Origin: Ptychomitrium polyphyllum
Taxonomy: Eukaryota
Direction of reading: 5' to 3'
NCBI GenBank assembly: GCA_973851085.1
Contig: OZ316775.1
Location: 22,444,001-22,508,000, forward strand
DNA: 64,000 nucleotides
In this document: one piece after another, positions 38,801 to 50,335 of the stretch
Numbering within the stretch: the first letter of the stretch is position 1
Layout of the letters: every line of letters starts with the position of its first letter
Notes under the pieces: model-generated
Seen by the model: the letters and a program-made list of their open reading frames with translations, nothing else
What the model was told of the DNA's origin: nothing
The model's database searches: none
Position numbers and translations under genes: made by a program

Positions 38801-41800
38801 ACTAGACAGATCCTGCTCTTGTTGCTCTAATCACTCATGAAAAGGGACTCATTTTCAGCTCTAGACTTACATTTCTGCAGTTGTTAGCTTCATACGAGAC
38901 ATGCATTGCACAAGAAACCCTTGTTTAACAATCAAAACAGCAGACCCACCTGAGTATGCGCCCCAGTAAACTCAATATCAACATAGAGTTGCAAAAGATT
39001 CGGCACCAAATATTGCAAAGCCAGTTGATGTCCTTCAAAAAGAGATGCCATGCTGCTGCTCAAGGTTGGAGAATAGCTGCACGGACAAATCAAGACAAGG
39101 TTCTCAGTAACACAAAAAGCCTACTGTTCGTAAAATAGTGCAAATATATCCAAAATTTGACTTTCTGCCTTGCTATAGTTGAGAATCATGCCGTGGTTCC
39201 ACCAGGAAAAAGATAAAAGAAAATTGTGCACTTCTTCATAACGAAAAACAAAAGTGCTGAACAAAATCGGCTTTACCCGTGGTTTTTAGGCATCCATGTA
39301 TTCAAAACTTCCACCATCTTAGCTCGTAAATACGGATTCTTTATGTAAAGTGGACTTCCCATAAACATCACGATAAAGCTCATGAATTCATCCTGCAAAA
39401 GAATGGCCATGCATATATAAACAATTAGAGCCCAACTATCCAATGTCATTTGCCTGCTGAATCAGGAGCTGCAGCATCACCAAAGGATGTAGACGAGTTC
39501 TACTTGGCTCAACATCATCCCCATGATGTCATGATCAGCTGAATAGACTGAATAGACTCCCGTTGACCATACACTGCTTCACAAAATCCTCATAACATAC
39601 CGAAATACTCACAAAATATGAGTTTTCGGCCTCTTTAGTTAGACAAGAAATCAAAATACTGAGCAATGGGAAAATTTAATCCTTTGTTAGTACCCTAGCT
39701 CGAATCTTGACATAGGACAGAAATAATCGATCATGAACTCTGAAATATTGAAGAAAACTTTCTGGTATTTGACTCACCAAATTGACACCATCAAGAGCTC
39801 TAGGAATGCGAGAAGTATAAAGTAGGAGTTCCATGACATCCTCCACAAAGTGCTCCGGCATGGAGGCAAACTCCATAGGACACACTGCTGGAAGCGGCAT
39901 ACGAAATCCACCAACTAGACCAGTAAGCCACACTACCATAAGCCTGTAAAAGGCCAAAGCTTCTTGCACAAGATCCACATCCTGCAGTCACACATCTGAG
40001 AATCATAAGCCACGGCTTTGCAAAAACAATGTTGGACTAACAAACTAATATCATACCAAAAGTGAAAATTCCTAAGATTAGCATAAATAACTAGACAACA
40101 ACCTTATAACATTGACAAGGCAAGAAGAAGAGCATACATTCATAAGCTGGGAGTGATAGCAGAATCGATCCTGAGTTAGCTGCTCAACATGTGCTTCTAA
40201 TTGAGCAATATCTTGCTCGAGTTGAGCTGGTGCTCCCTCACCACGCATGTTTTTCAACGTAGCAAGTTCTTCCTTCCGCCTATGTTGTTCCTACAACCAA
40301 ACAGAATACGAAACTGACCATTACCAAGCCTTCATCACTTTGTAGAATAGCAGTTCACTTTGTCAGGTTTAAGAGGAAGTGAAGCAAACATACGAAGAAT
40401 TTGGGACATATTAGATTATAAACAGTGCCACTAAATGTCAATTAAGTTCCACATATTACGTTCTACATCCCTTCAGTACACACCAATCGAGAAATAAATG
40501 CTCTTCAGCATAGGAATACGCCTAATTTAGGCACTCATACATCGACTCCACTTCCTCAGAAACACTCACCTTAAAAACCAAAACCTTACATTTTCGAAAT
40601 CCTCACACAAACCAGCAAACACAAATACTAACAATAAATCGCTAATGAGCAGACCACGTAGTCAACAGCTATGCCTGCAACAACACCTCAGGATCCACTT
40701 TCCCCACAATCACAGAAACCAACTCAAGCTCAACGAAAAGAGCTCAAACTCCTATTAACTCCCGTGTGATTAATTCTGTAGATCTTTATCCTATCTCTCA
40801 AGCTGACATGATAATTGTATATTTGAGACTGTTTCTCTTAGGGCTTCTTTGATGGCCTACCTACTTTCGTTATCAAGAGATTCCACGTTTGAAAATGGAA
40901 CATGCAAACTGCAGCAAGGAACCGCATCACCAGTTCATAAACGCATCACCGTATCCTTCTTACTCACTCAACCCTCAGCGAGTCGTCGCTCCAGCCATAT
41001 CAAGATTGAAACCCTAATTCGATTCTTAGTTTCATCAACATCGACAAAGAGTTTCAACTTCCCTACCAAAGAGCTATTCTAAGAAAATCCTCACGCCTCC
41101 CGCTTCACAGACATGCTCTCAGCCCCAAATGGGTAAAAGGAATTATGCACAAGATATGCGAGCTGTTTCAGCTGAATGAGGTCCATGACTCTTAACTGGA
41201 AGGGCAACAATAATGCATCGATGATCAAAGCTACTCTAGACACGCCTCATTCCTCTCTAGACTCCAAATACAGAAGGTTTCAAAGAATAACGTATCTCAC
41301 GGATTATGTCTGTCTTTCACCAGCTTACTTGAATGTCAAACATGCAAGAGCTCTCAGAAATTACAATTAAACTTTTGATCAAGCAATCAATTTCAAGGAT
41401 TTATGCTCTTGTGCCAGCTTCGTCACAGTAAATGCTTCTGCAGAACCCAAGAGCTGATATCACAATCATCTCACTAATTCCATCACAAGGCAATTGATTC
41501 CCGGAGCAAGACCAGATTCACTCTCGTCATGCATCCACGTATGAGCACAAATTGCAGCCATACACTGACAGCACAAGTGTAGATTTGTAGCGTCACTGTG
41601 ACGAGATAGCCCAAGTACAAAAACCCTACACTCGGCATTTACTCACACTCCGCAGCCCCGACCTCACAGTCCTCCCCTCCTCCGTCCTCTCTCTTTTCAT
41701 CCTCTCTTTGTCTTCTCCCTGATCTCTTTCCTTCGCAGCCTAAATTCTAAACCTAAGCCTAAACTCGCATCTAAACAAACACGTCCGAACAGTCACATGA

Positions 41801-44087
41801 AGAAGATGGTATAAATGACTAATTGCAAAATAACCATAGCTTACGTTCAAGGTCTTTATCAACAACGATGCAGGTAAGATGAGAACACGTGTGTTGGTCA
41901 ACTTACAAACATACCAAACAGCAACACTGCGTGCAAAACCGCTTACCTGCATTAAAGACTTGAAATCTGAAAATGCCTTGATAAGTCCTAAATTGAGTAC
42001 TCTTGCTGTCATGAAGAAGCACTCGCAAATGAAGTTGAACTTCAAACTGTCCGAAGATGCAGAGGCCATGGACTTGAGTGGATAGGATTGCAAGCTATCT
42101 ATCTGCATTGAGGTGGAAGCCTCCTCAGCTTGCAAACGCCGCAGCTCTTCTTGCTCTCGAAGCTGCTGCGCCTGACGAAATCCTTCAGTACGAGAATGGT
42201 TGCGGCTATCCACCCATCTGGCTAGCTCCTCTGAGGTGGCGAGGATTGCTGTCAGCCCACTGCCAACAGAATCATGTTAGAAGCAGAAACTTCAATACCA
42301 CCTCGCTCACAATCCTTATTAAACTTTCCACATAAACGAATTTTAAAGTACACCTTGTCAGAGCTGAGTACAATTGGCTTCTTCAAGCTTAACAGAAGCA
42401 AAGACAAAGCAACATATCCTAGATCAAGTTGGAAACTGTTCCACTGCTCCATTACCGTATACCTGAAGTCAAGCCTTCCTCCTTGAAGAACGTATCGAGC
42501 ATCAAGTTTGTCTTTCTTGTTTAGAGAAGCATCCAGAAACGGCTCGCAAAGCTTAAGCATCACTGCACTCAAGTTTACAAACATTCCACTGCTTGCAACT
42601 ATAAGTGGGTTTGCCTGAAAAACACAGCTCCAAATCCGCAATATTAGGTACTCATTAAACTCCTGCACTGCGGTGCAAACTGAAAGTCGAGTACCAGCCT
42701 GCACAATGTTTGCAAGATAATAGCCCCTCATAACTGAAAATAACCTCACAAAACAAAGTATGATACTGAACATCAGGGCGATTATACATGCTTGAAAGTC
42801 ACAGGAGTCCAGAGTGGAGTTCACCTGTAGCTGACTACGGTTGGCATTCTTTTGAATAACGTCTCCTAAGTATTGAAGCACAGATTCTCTTGTCTCAGGA
42901 CTCCGAAGAAGCTTCATCAAGACCTCGTGTAAACCATCATACAGCTGATGCATCACAGCTTTGATCGTGGCATACGAAGAATTCAAATCTCCTGCTCGGC
43001 GGTTCGCACTGTCAGAAAAGCATTGTTGTCTGCAGCGAGCAATCAGACACCCAAAACCGGACCCTAATTAGCACCTGCAATCTGCTCTCCTCCAAGCACA
43101 TCATTGGAACTGCAACCCTAAAACAGAGAGGCGGGTTATCCAATCTCAAACATAAACTAAGAAAAAAAAGATCTGCATTACCCTAATCACCATGAACTCA
43201 ATCCAGTGATGTCAAAAGAAACAAAAGAAGAAAGAACGCAAACAACTGTACCTCACACTAGGCTCTCCATTTCCAAAAATTGGATGATCGGGAATAACGC
43301 TGATGTGAAAGAAAGGTCCCAGAATACTGCTCACTTCCAAAACCCGGCCATGGACATGAATCCCTTTAGGGTTCCACATGGGATGCTCCACCAACACCTT
43401 CGCCACCTTGGGATACGAAACCAACATGATCAACGGCCTCACACATCGCTGAAACGGCCCCAACGGGGACAACTTCATCACAACCCCTTGCAAATCCTTG
43501 AACAGCCGCTCGAACACGCTCCTGAACCCCTCCGGCTCATCCTCGAACCTCCCCAGCAACCCTTCCAAAAACCCCGCGGGGAGCACCTCCGTGCCGCCAC
43601 TGGCATAAAACCCCGCGCTCGGGGACCCGCCCTCCGCCATTAGAGACCCCAACAGCAATGAATTGGGACTCTTCGCAACCTCGTGCGGCTGCGGGAACAT
43701 CCCCGGGTGCACCAGCATGAGCACCGAATACGACACCGTCAGATCCTTCACCTGCTGCAATACCTCCTGCACCATCGCCAGGTTGGCCTTGTCCCGCATG
43801 CTCTGCGCTTTCCGGCTCTCTTCCCACGCGCGCCGATAGCAATTCACGAGGTACAGAAACGGCGCCTCCATAGGCGCCGCGAACACGCTCAGCCTGTCCA
43901 TGAGCGCCCTCTCCAGCACCTCCCGCGACAGCACCGTGGCCTTCTCCTCGCTCAGCAACTCCGCCGACAGCTGCTCCAAATACATCGGCCTCCCCGCGCC
44001 CTCCTCGCTCCCCGGTTTCACCGTCACCCCCAGCACCCGCCGCAGCACCGCGTCCTCCAGCTCCTCCATGCTCCTCGCCTTCGCCAT
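35822..44087 (-). CDS. UFD2: Ubiquitin conjugation factor E4 / U-box ligase (UFD2, PUB1/MUSE3-like), about 15 exons
   Basis: [130 protein letters not shown]-box [12 protein letters not shown]...[14 protein letters not shown] junctions. Confidence 0.97.
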
Positions 44088-44103
44088 CGCCACCGCTCGC
44101 AAC

Positions 44104-44218
44104 CTCACTCACTCTCACACACACACATACAAACACACACACACATACGAGAACACACACACACACACACACACACACTCACTCTCTCTCTCGCGCACTC
44201 ACACACACACACACACAG
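44104..44218. repeat. (CA)n/(CT)n compound microsatellite directly upstream of the UFD2 ATG
   Basis: Interrupted CA runs seen directly. Confidence 0.9.
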
Positions 44219-44329
44219 CGAGAGAGCAGGGGTGGTGGTGTTGCAGGCTTGCTTTCTTCTTTCATTTTATTTTTTCTCTCGCCCTCGTTCATGCGTTTCT
44301 ATAAAGTTCATGCACCCGAATCCATCCCC

Positions 44330-44800
44330 GTTTCCTTTCCTTTCCTTCTCTTTCCTTCTTTTCCTTCCCTTTCTTTTCCTTTCCTTTCCTTCTCTTCCTT
44401 TTCCTTTCTTTTCCTTTCTTTTCCTTTCCTTCTCTTTCCCTTCTTTTCTTGTCCTTTCTTTTCTTTTCCTTCTCTTTCCTTTCCTTTCCTTTCCTTTCTT
44501 GTCCTTTCTTTTCTTTTCCTTTCCTTTCCTTTCCTTCTCTTTCTTTTCCTTTCTTTTTCTTTTTTTGTCTTGTCCTTTCTTTTCTTGTCTTTTCTTTCAT
44601 TTCCTTTCCTTTCCTTCTCTTTCCTTTCTTTTCCTTTCCTTTCCTCTTCTTTCTTTTCATTTCCTTTCCTTTCCTTTATTTTTCTTTCCTTTTCTTTCCT
44701 TCTCTTTCCTTTCGTTGCCTTTTCTTTCTTTTCCTTCTTTTTCTTTTCCTTTTCTTTCCTTTTCTTTCCTTTTCTTTCCTTCCCTTTCTTTTCTTTTCCA
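44330..44800. repeat. About 470-bp polypyrimidine/polypurine tract of TTTCC/TTTTC units
   Basis: Almost only T and C on the + strand. Source of the spurious F/S/L and K/R/E ORFs. Confidence 0.95.
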
Positions 44801-47800
44801 TTCCCATTTCCAGCTTTTAGTTTCCTCTCTTCTGTTCCCTACGCTCCACCTGGGTTCTCTTTTTCTATTTTCCATTCTTTTCCCTCTTGCATTTCCTACT
44901 CTCTCTTCCTTTTCTGCACTTTACGCTTATTTTTACTTTTATTGTACTTTTTGAAAACCTTTTTTTTGGATTTTGGAATTTTGTGTGTGTGTCTAGAATT
45001 GGATTGAATTGCATTGGATTGGATTAAAAGGAAAGAAAGTTAGAATTTATTTCAATTTATTTTGAATCTTTGAAAAAGAAATAGAAATGGTTTTGGTTTT
45101 GGATGAATGGTAGAAAAATGGGAATCATTATAGAAGTGGTTTTTGGAGCTTTTAATGATAAAAGACAATTAATTTGTCAATGACATTTTTGAGTTTTTAC
45201 ACAAAGTACAAAAGAAAACCTTATAGCCCTATGCTATTTGTCTATTTTTTCATCCATTCATCCGCACTCATAAATAGCTTTTACATTTATTTTATTTTAT
45301 TTTTAGAATTTAAAATTTAAAATTTTTATTTTATTTTAAGGTTTCCACATGTAATACAAAAGAAACCTTATTGTCTTGGATTGTATATTTGTCCATTTTT
45401 TTGTCCGCATTAATAAATTTCTTTTAAACTTTTTTTAAAATTAACAATTGTATAGAAACATGCTTTATATGCTATTACACCTTTGGCATGATTGCTGCCA
45501 TACTTGTTATTGTTTATTGTGTGTTTTTTTATGTTTTTACTTTTCTACGTTTATAATTATACAAAAATTTACGTTAATTCCAATACATAAAAGATGTGAT
45601 AGCCGCTATACTAGTTTTTCATTGATATGTGACTAATAGCTTTTTACACACCTTATACACTCATAAAAAAATTCCTTACTTCATTTTTGAATACACAATT
45701 CTATTAAATATTGTTTTGAAAAAAACTAATATAACTTGCAATGAAGAACAAATAAAATTATCTATAGAATCAAAAGTTTTGAAAACATATTAAATCTTTG
45801 CAAAATCAATTCAAAATTATTAAATTTTAAATTTATCATAATTACAGGTCTTATATTTTAAAATAGATTTTCTTAAATGATTAGTTTGAATTGTAAGTTT
45901 CATGTACAAAATTTATTGCCTCAAATAGAGCATTAAGAACATCATTAGTTTTTTAATTAGTGAATTTTCATGTATTAAAACAATATAACCTAATGTTTTT
46001 TACTTATCAAAAATAGACCTTATTAATCTATTTTTTAAATTCTTCATATTAAATTTGATCAAATTTGCAATTTAATGAAAAAAAAACATTTATAAAGATA
46101 ACATTTTTTTACTGTAAAAAGACATTTCAATCCAAAAAAATTCCAATTAATTTAAAAAGTTAAGTACATCATGAGATTTTGATTTAAAAATATAACTGCC
46201 TCAGTGTTTTTTATTGTATTTATCTTTAGAACATGATAAGATTTGAGTTTTTTAATGCATTTTGCAGTTGCTATAAGTTTTTTATTTTTGTTTAAAAAAA
46301 CCACTAAAATTGTAAAATTCACATTTTTTTTAACATATTTCAAAAAGTTATTAATCATATCTAAATTTATTTTTAAAACAAAAAAAATCTTTTAATGGCA
46401 ATGATGAATTTGATTGAAAAAAATGAAATTCATTTGTATATTCAAATCAACATCATAGGAATATCAAATGGAATTGCTTAACTTCAAAAGGCCCAATTAT
46501 GAACTTTTACTTAATTTAATTCATCCAACGTATATCTTCCAAATCTCTTAGGTGTTCTTATTTATTCTTTTAGATTGAAAGTTTTTAAAAAAATTTATAG
46601 ATTATAATGAAATATGTAATTTTATTCTAGAGCTCTAACAATCTCAAAATCCTATAAAAGATTATGAACTAAAACTTGGATTTTGATGATTTATAAGATA
46701 AGTCACTTATACTTTTTGTTCTAAAAGACTAAGAAACAATTGATATAGATGATTTTGCATTTTTTACTATATAAAAGCGATTTAATTTGCAAATAATAAT
46801 TTTTAAAAAACTGATAAAGAAAATTGATCAATAACCTTAATAATACAATTTTTTGCAATTTATTCTTTGTACTTTGATTTGTGTAAATTTTAAAAAAAAA
46901 TTGTGGGTATCTGATTTTATCTTTGCAAAATATATTTCAAAGTTGGTGCTCTAATAAAAGAGCCTTGCTTTGAAAAAGTAATAGGCTTTTGATTGCTACA
47001 AATCCCTCAACAAAATGATGAGACGGTATAATAAAAATATTTATATTAACAAACTTTGACAAATCAAAGTATTACAATAGATTAATATTCTTCATACAAA
47101 ATCACATCAGTTTTTAAACATTCACTTCATCTTATCCACTATTCTATTCAAATCAATTAGTTCCTTAATTAACACTTCTTTTTTAACGTTTTTCTTTAGT
47201 ACAAAATAAAATATAAACTTCACACTAATAATACTTTAAAAAGGAACTCTCCATTAAAACCTTAGAAAAAAAAACTAAAAAAGACTCTTCCTAAAACTCC
47301 ACTATCTTCCTTCTAATACTTGGCTTGGCCTTCCTTTCTTTTCTAGAGAATTTTAAAAACTCTACAACTGCAACTGGCGTGTCTCGGCAATTTTCATTGC
47401 CATTTCTTGTTTACATTGCACCTATAGGTAATTGGTTATTGTAACAATCCTATTCACATTAAGCTCCATTTTGTACTAAAGTACTCTCATTAAACTCATT
47501 TCTAGCCTCTTCTTCTTAGTAAATACATACACACTTCCTAATTATATTTTGAATACTCTAAATTTTACATTATAACATTAGACACCAAAAAACCACAATA
47601 ACTACAAAACTATTAAAAAGTTATTAAACAAGATAAGTTGTAGAAAACATTAGATATCTTCTTCTAATCTATTTAATGAACACTACTAAACATTAAAACA
47701 CTTGAAATTTATTGCCTATTATACATTATTTTGATGTGAAGAATTGAACTATAACTTACATGGTTGGTGGTGATTTCTTCTGCAACAATTGTGTACTTGG

Positions 47801-49107
47801 GTGGATTTTTAAAATAAAAAAATTCCAAATTAGTGGTTGTTATATAGTGAAGTGATGGCACAAAAGTTGAACAAAAATGATAAAATATTATTCATAGCTT
47901 AATTTTGAAAGTAACTCGTATAAAATATTTTATAAAAAATTTGTCCTAGTTAAATTCAAACTTATATTGTTTTTATCCATTCTAATTCATTTAAACATAC
48001 GTATTTTATTATTGAATAGTGCATTAAAAAATACTGACAACCATAAAAAAAATTATTTGGAAACCTTAGAAAAAATTAAATTAACATGCTAGCAAAATTT
48101 TTGTTCATTGATATGGAATATTTTTATTAATTTATAATAATACATGGCTTTAATTTTACATCTTTTAATACACTTCTAAAATACTCATTGATTACAACTT
48201 TTTTCTTGATCAATAAATAAAAAATTTCATCCTTTATTTACTTTAAGGAATTATGTAACTTTTGTTGTTGCAAAAAGTCTTGGTTTGTTAATTAAACACT
48301 TTTAGATTCTTATACTCTTTGAAAACTTAAAAACATCCATTTAATAAATATATTTTAAGATTTGTCTTCATTGTAAATTAAATGATGTATTATTTAATAA
48401 TTATTTTTTTATTTTAAAAATATTGAAGTTCAAATTATCTTCATTATAAATACTTAGTTGATCTTTAATTTTTGGTAATTTAAAAATCTATTTTGTTTGA
48501 AAATATCAAATTATTAACAATATTTAATAAAAGTTAGCTATGCTTTATACATTACTTTTATGAACTTACAATACAAGCTTGTCTTCATGTCTAATTTAAT
48601 TCTTTAAATAATTCTAATTTTTTGGTTTTATTAAATTCTATCAAGTTATTTAAAAATTTCACATTGTTGGAGAATTTAGCATTTAATATAAGAATCTAGA
48701 TAATTTAATGACGAATTCTATAAATAATTAATATAGATATAAATCAAAGATTAAATATATAATAAATTTCAAACTTAATCATGATTAAAGCATATAGTTA
48801 ATACTTCATTATGTAAATTTAATAGTAGATAAATTTTTCAAAAGAATTTGTATTTAAACCTCAATGAAATTCAATATGTAGGATTTTTAAATTTTTTTTT
48901 TCATATTTGTTGTTTTTAATAACATTGGCGTCATTTAAATGATGTAAAAATAAATTATCTTTCCCAAATAGTTAATATGCAACCTAGAATTTGTTATAAT
49001 TTTTTGTCTTTTTGTTACTTTTTTTTTAAACGATTAAAAATCTTTAAAAAGAAGAAAAAACAAATAAACTAAAAAGATAAGTTTTAGGTAGAAGCAAGTT
49101 CCTTTTA

Positions 49108-49411
49108 GGTTTCTATACAAAGTACAAAAAAAGACCTTATAATCTGTCAACACTTATAAGTGAATTTTACTCTTACTTTTGTTATTAGTATTTTAACTTT
49201 TTGAACTTTTATTTTTTAAAACTATTTATTGTTGATTCTTTACCTTTTAACCTTTTAACCTTTTACTTCTAATCTTCTACCTTTTACATTTTACCTTTTA
49301 TTATCCACTTTTTTATATTTTGTTTACTTTATACTTTTTCACTTTTACAATTGTGCATGAATCTACCGTGAATGCCATCACATCAAAGATGTGGTAGCAG
49401 CCATATTTAGT
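49108..49411 (+). mobile_element. Possible non-autonomous Helitron remnant / 3' end
   Basis: Hairpin TGCCATCACATC-AAA-GATGTGGTAGCA (49373-49399), then TTAG|T 7 nt later (CTAG|T with C>T) at the edge of an AT-rich block. The motif near 49108 recurs near 45192 and 45340. Confidence 0.4.
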
Positions 49412-50335
49412 TCTTGAGGAATGCTAACTCTCGAAATGGTTTAGATTTGTAAAGGCAATGTGTAAGAATTGCATGTATACTACATAAAATTGACTAGTAA
49501 TCATGACCTTTCCCTCCTTCCACTTAACTTCCTTGATACGTTGGCCCTCATAAGTTACAACCATAGCATGCCAGATCACTCACAGGCTTGCAAAAGAATG
49601 TTGTGAAAGTTCACACATCTGAATACACTGTCAGGAGGAACAGTTGCCTCTACTTGGAGCAGGATGCAGCTTGCCTCACCTTCTCCGACATGATCTAATG
49701 TGAACTTCGTGCATGCACAATACAGAAATGGGTTAGCAGTAGAGCTTCAAAAGTGCACCTGACACTGCCTTGGAAGTTGAGCCTCCAGGATGCAAAACCA
49801 TGAAAACTCCATGAGGAATGGCAGGGTGATGTGTCTCACCAATATCCTACTAGGCTGATGTGAGCATGAAGGCGGTCACCGGTCCGGAGGAATGCCAGAG
49901 CACTCCAGAAGCATGAAGCTGGAAGTTTAATCTGTCCTTCAGGAGCATGAATGAATGATGGGATGGTTTACCCAGAGCTCATGTGGAATTAGTATCATCA
50001 TTAACGCTTAATGGCGAGGTTCAGGTGAGAAAGGACATCCATGCCTCCTCTGTTTTTTGGCGCTGCTGCGGCTGGTCGTTTGCACATTTTGACTAGAAAA
50101 TTGTCCTAACTCGGGTGCCTTCCCGTGAAATACTGCTCCCAGTGTCTCAAAGTTCAGATCAGTAGTCGAGATTCAAAGCGGGACTTTGCAGCAGCTTGTT
50201 GTTTCAGAGGATTCAGGTATCAGACTGGTGGTGATCTTTGCGTTGAATATCGAGCACCGTACGTACTTTTGATCAATTGTGAACCTATCCAGTTTCATAT
50301 TTAGGAGATAATATTCAGGGGAAGTTTGCTTCAGA

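Noticed and set aside
43683..45007. Long F/S/L-rich and K/R/E-rich ORFs (423, 252 and 123 aa)
   Set aside because: Translation of microsatellite and polypyrimidine tracts plus the GC-rich antisense of UFD2 exon 1.
47270..47540. Possible transposase remnant within the AT-rich block
   Set aside because: Too degenerate, and no diagnostic motif could be read.
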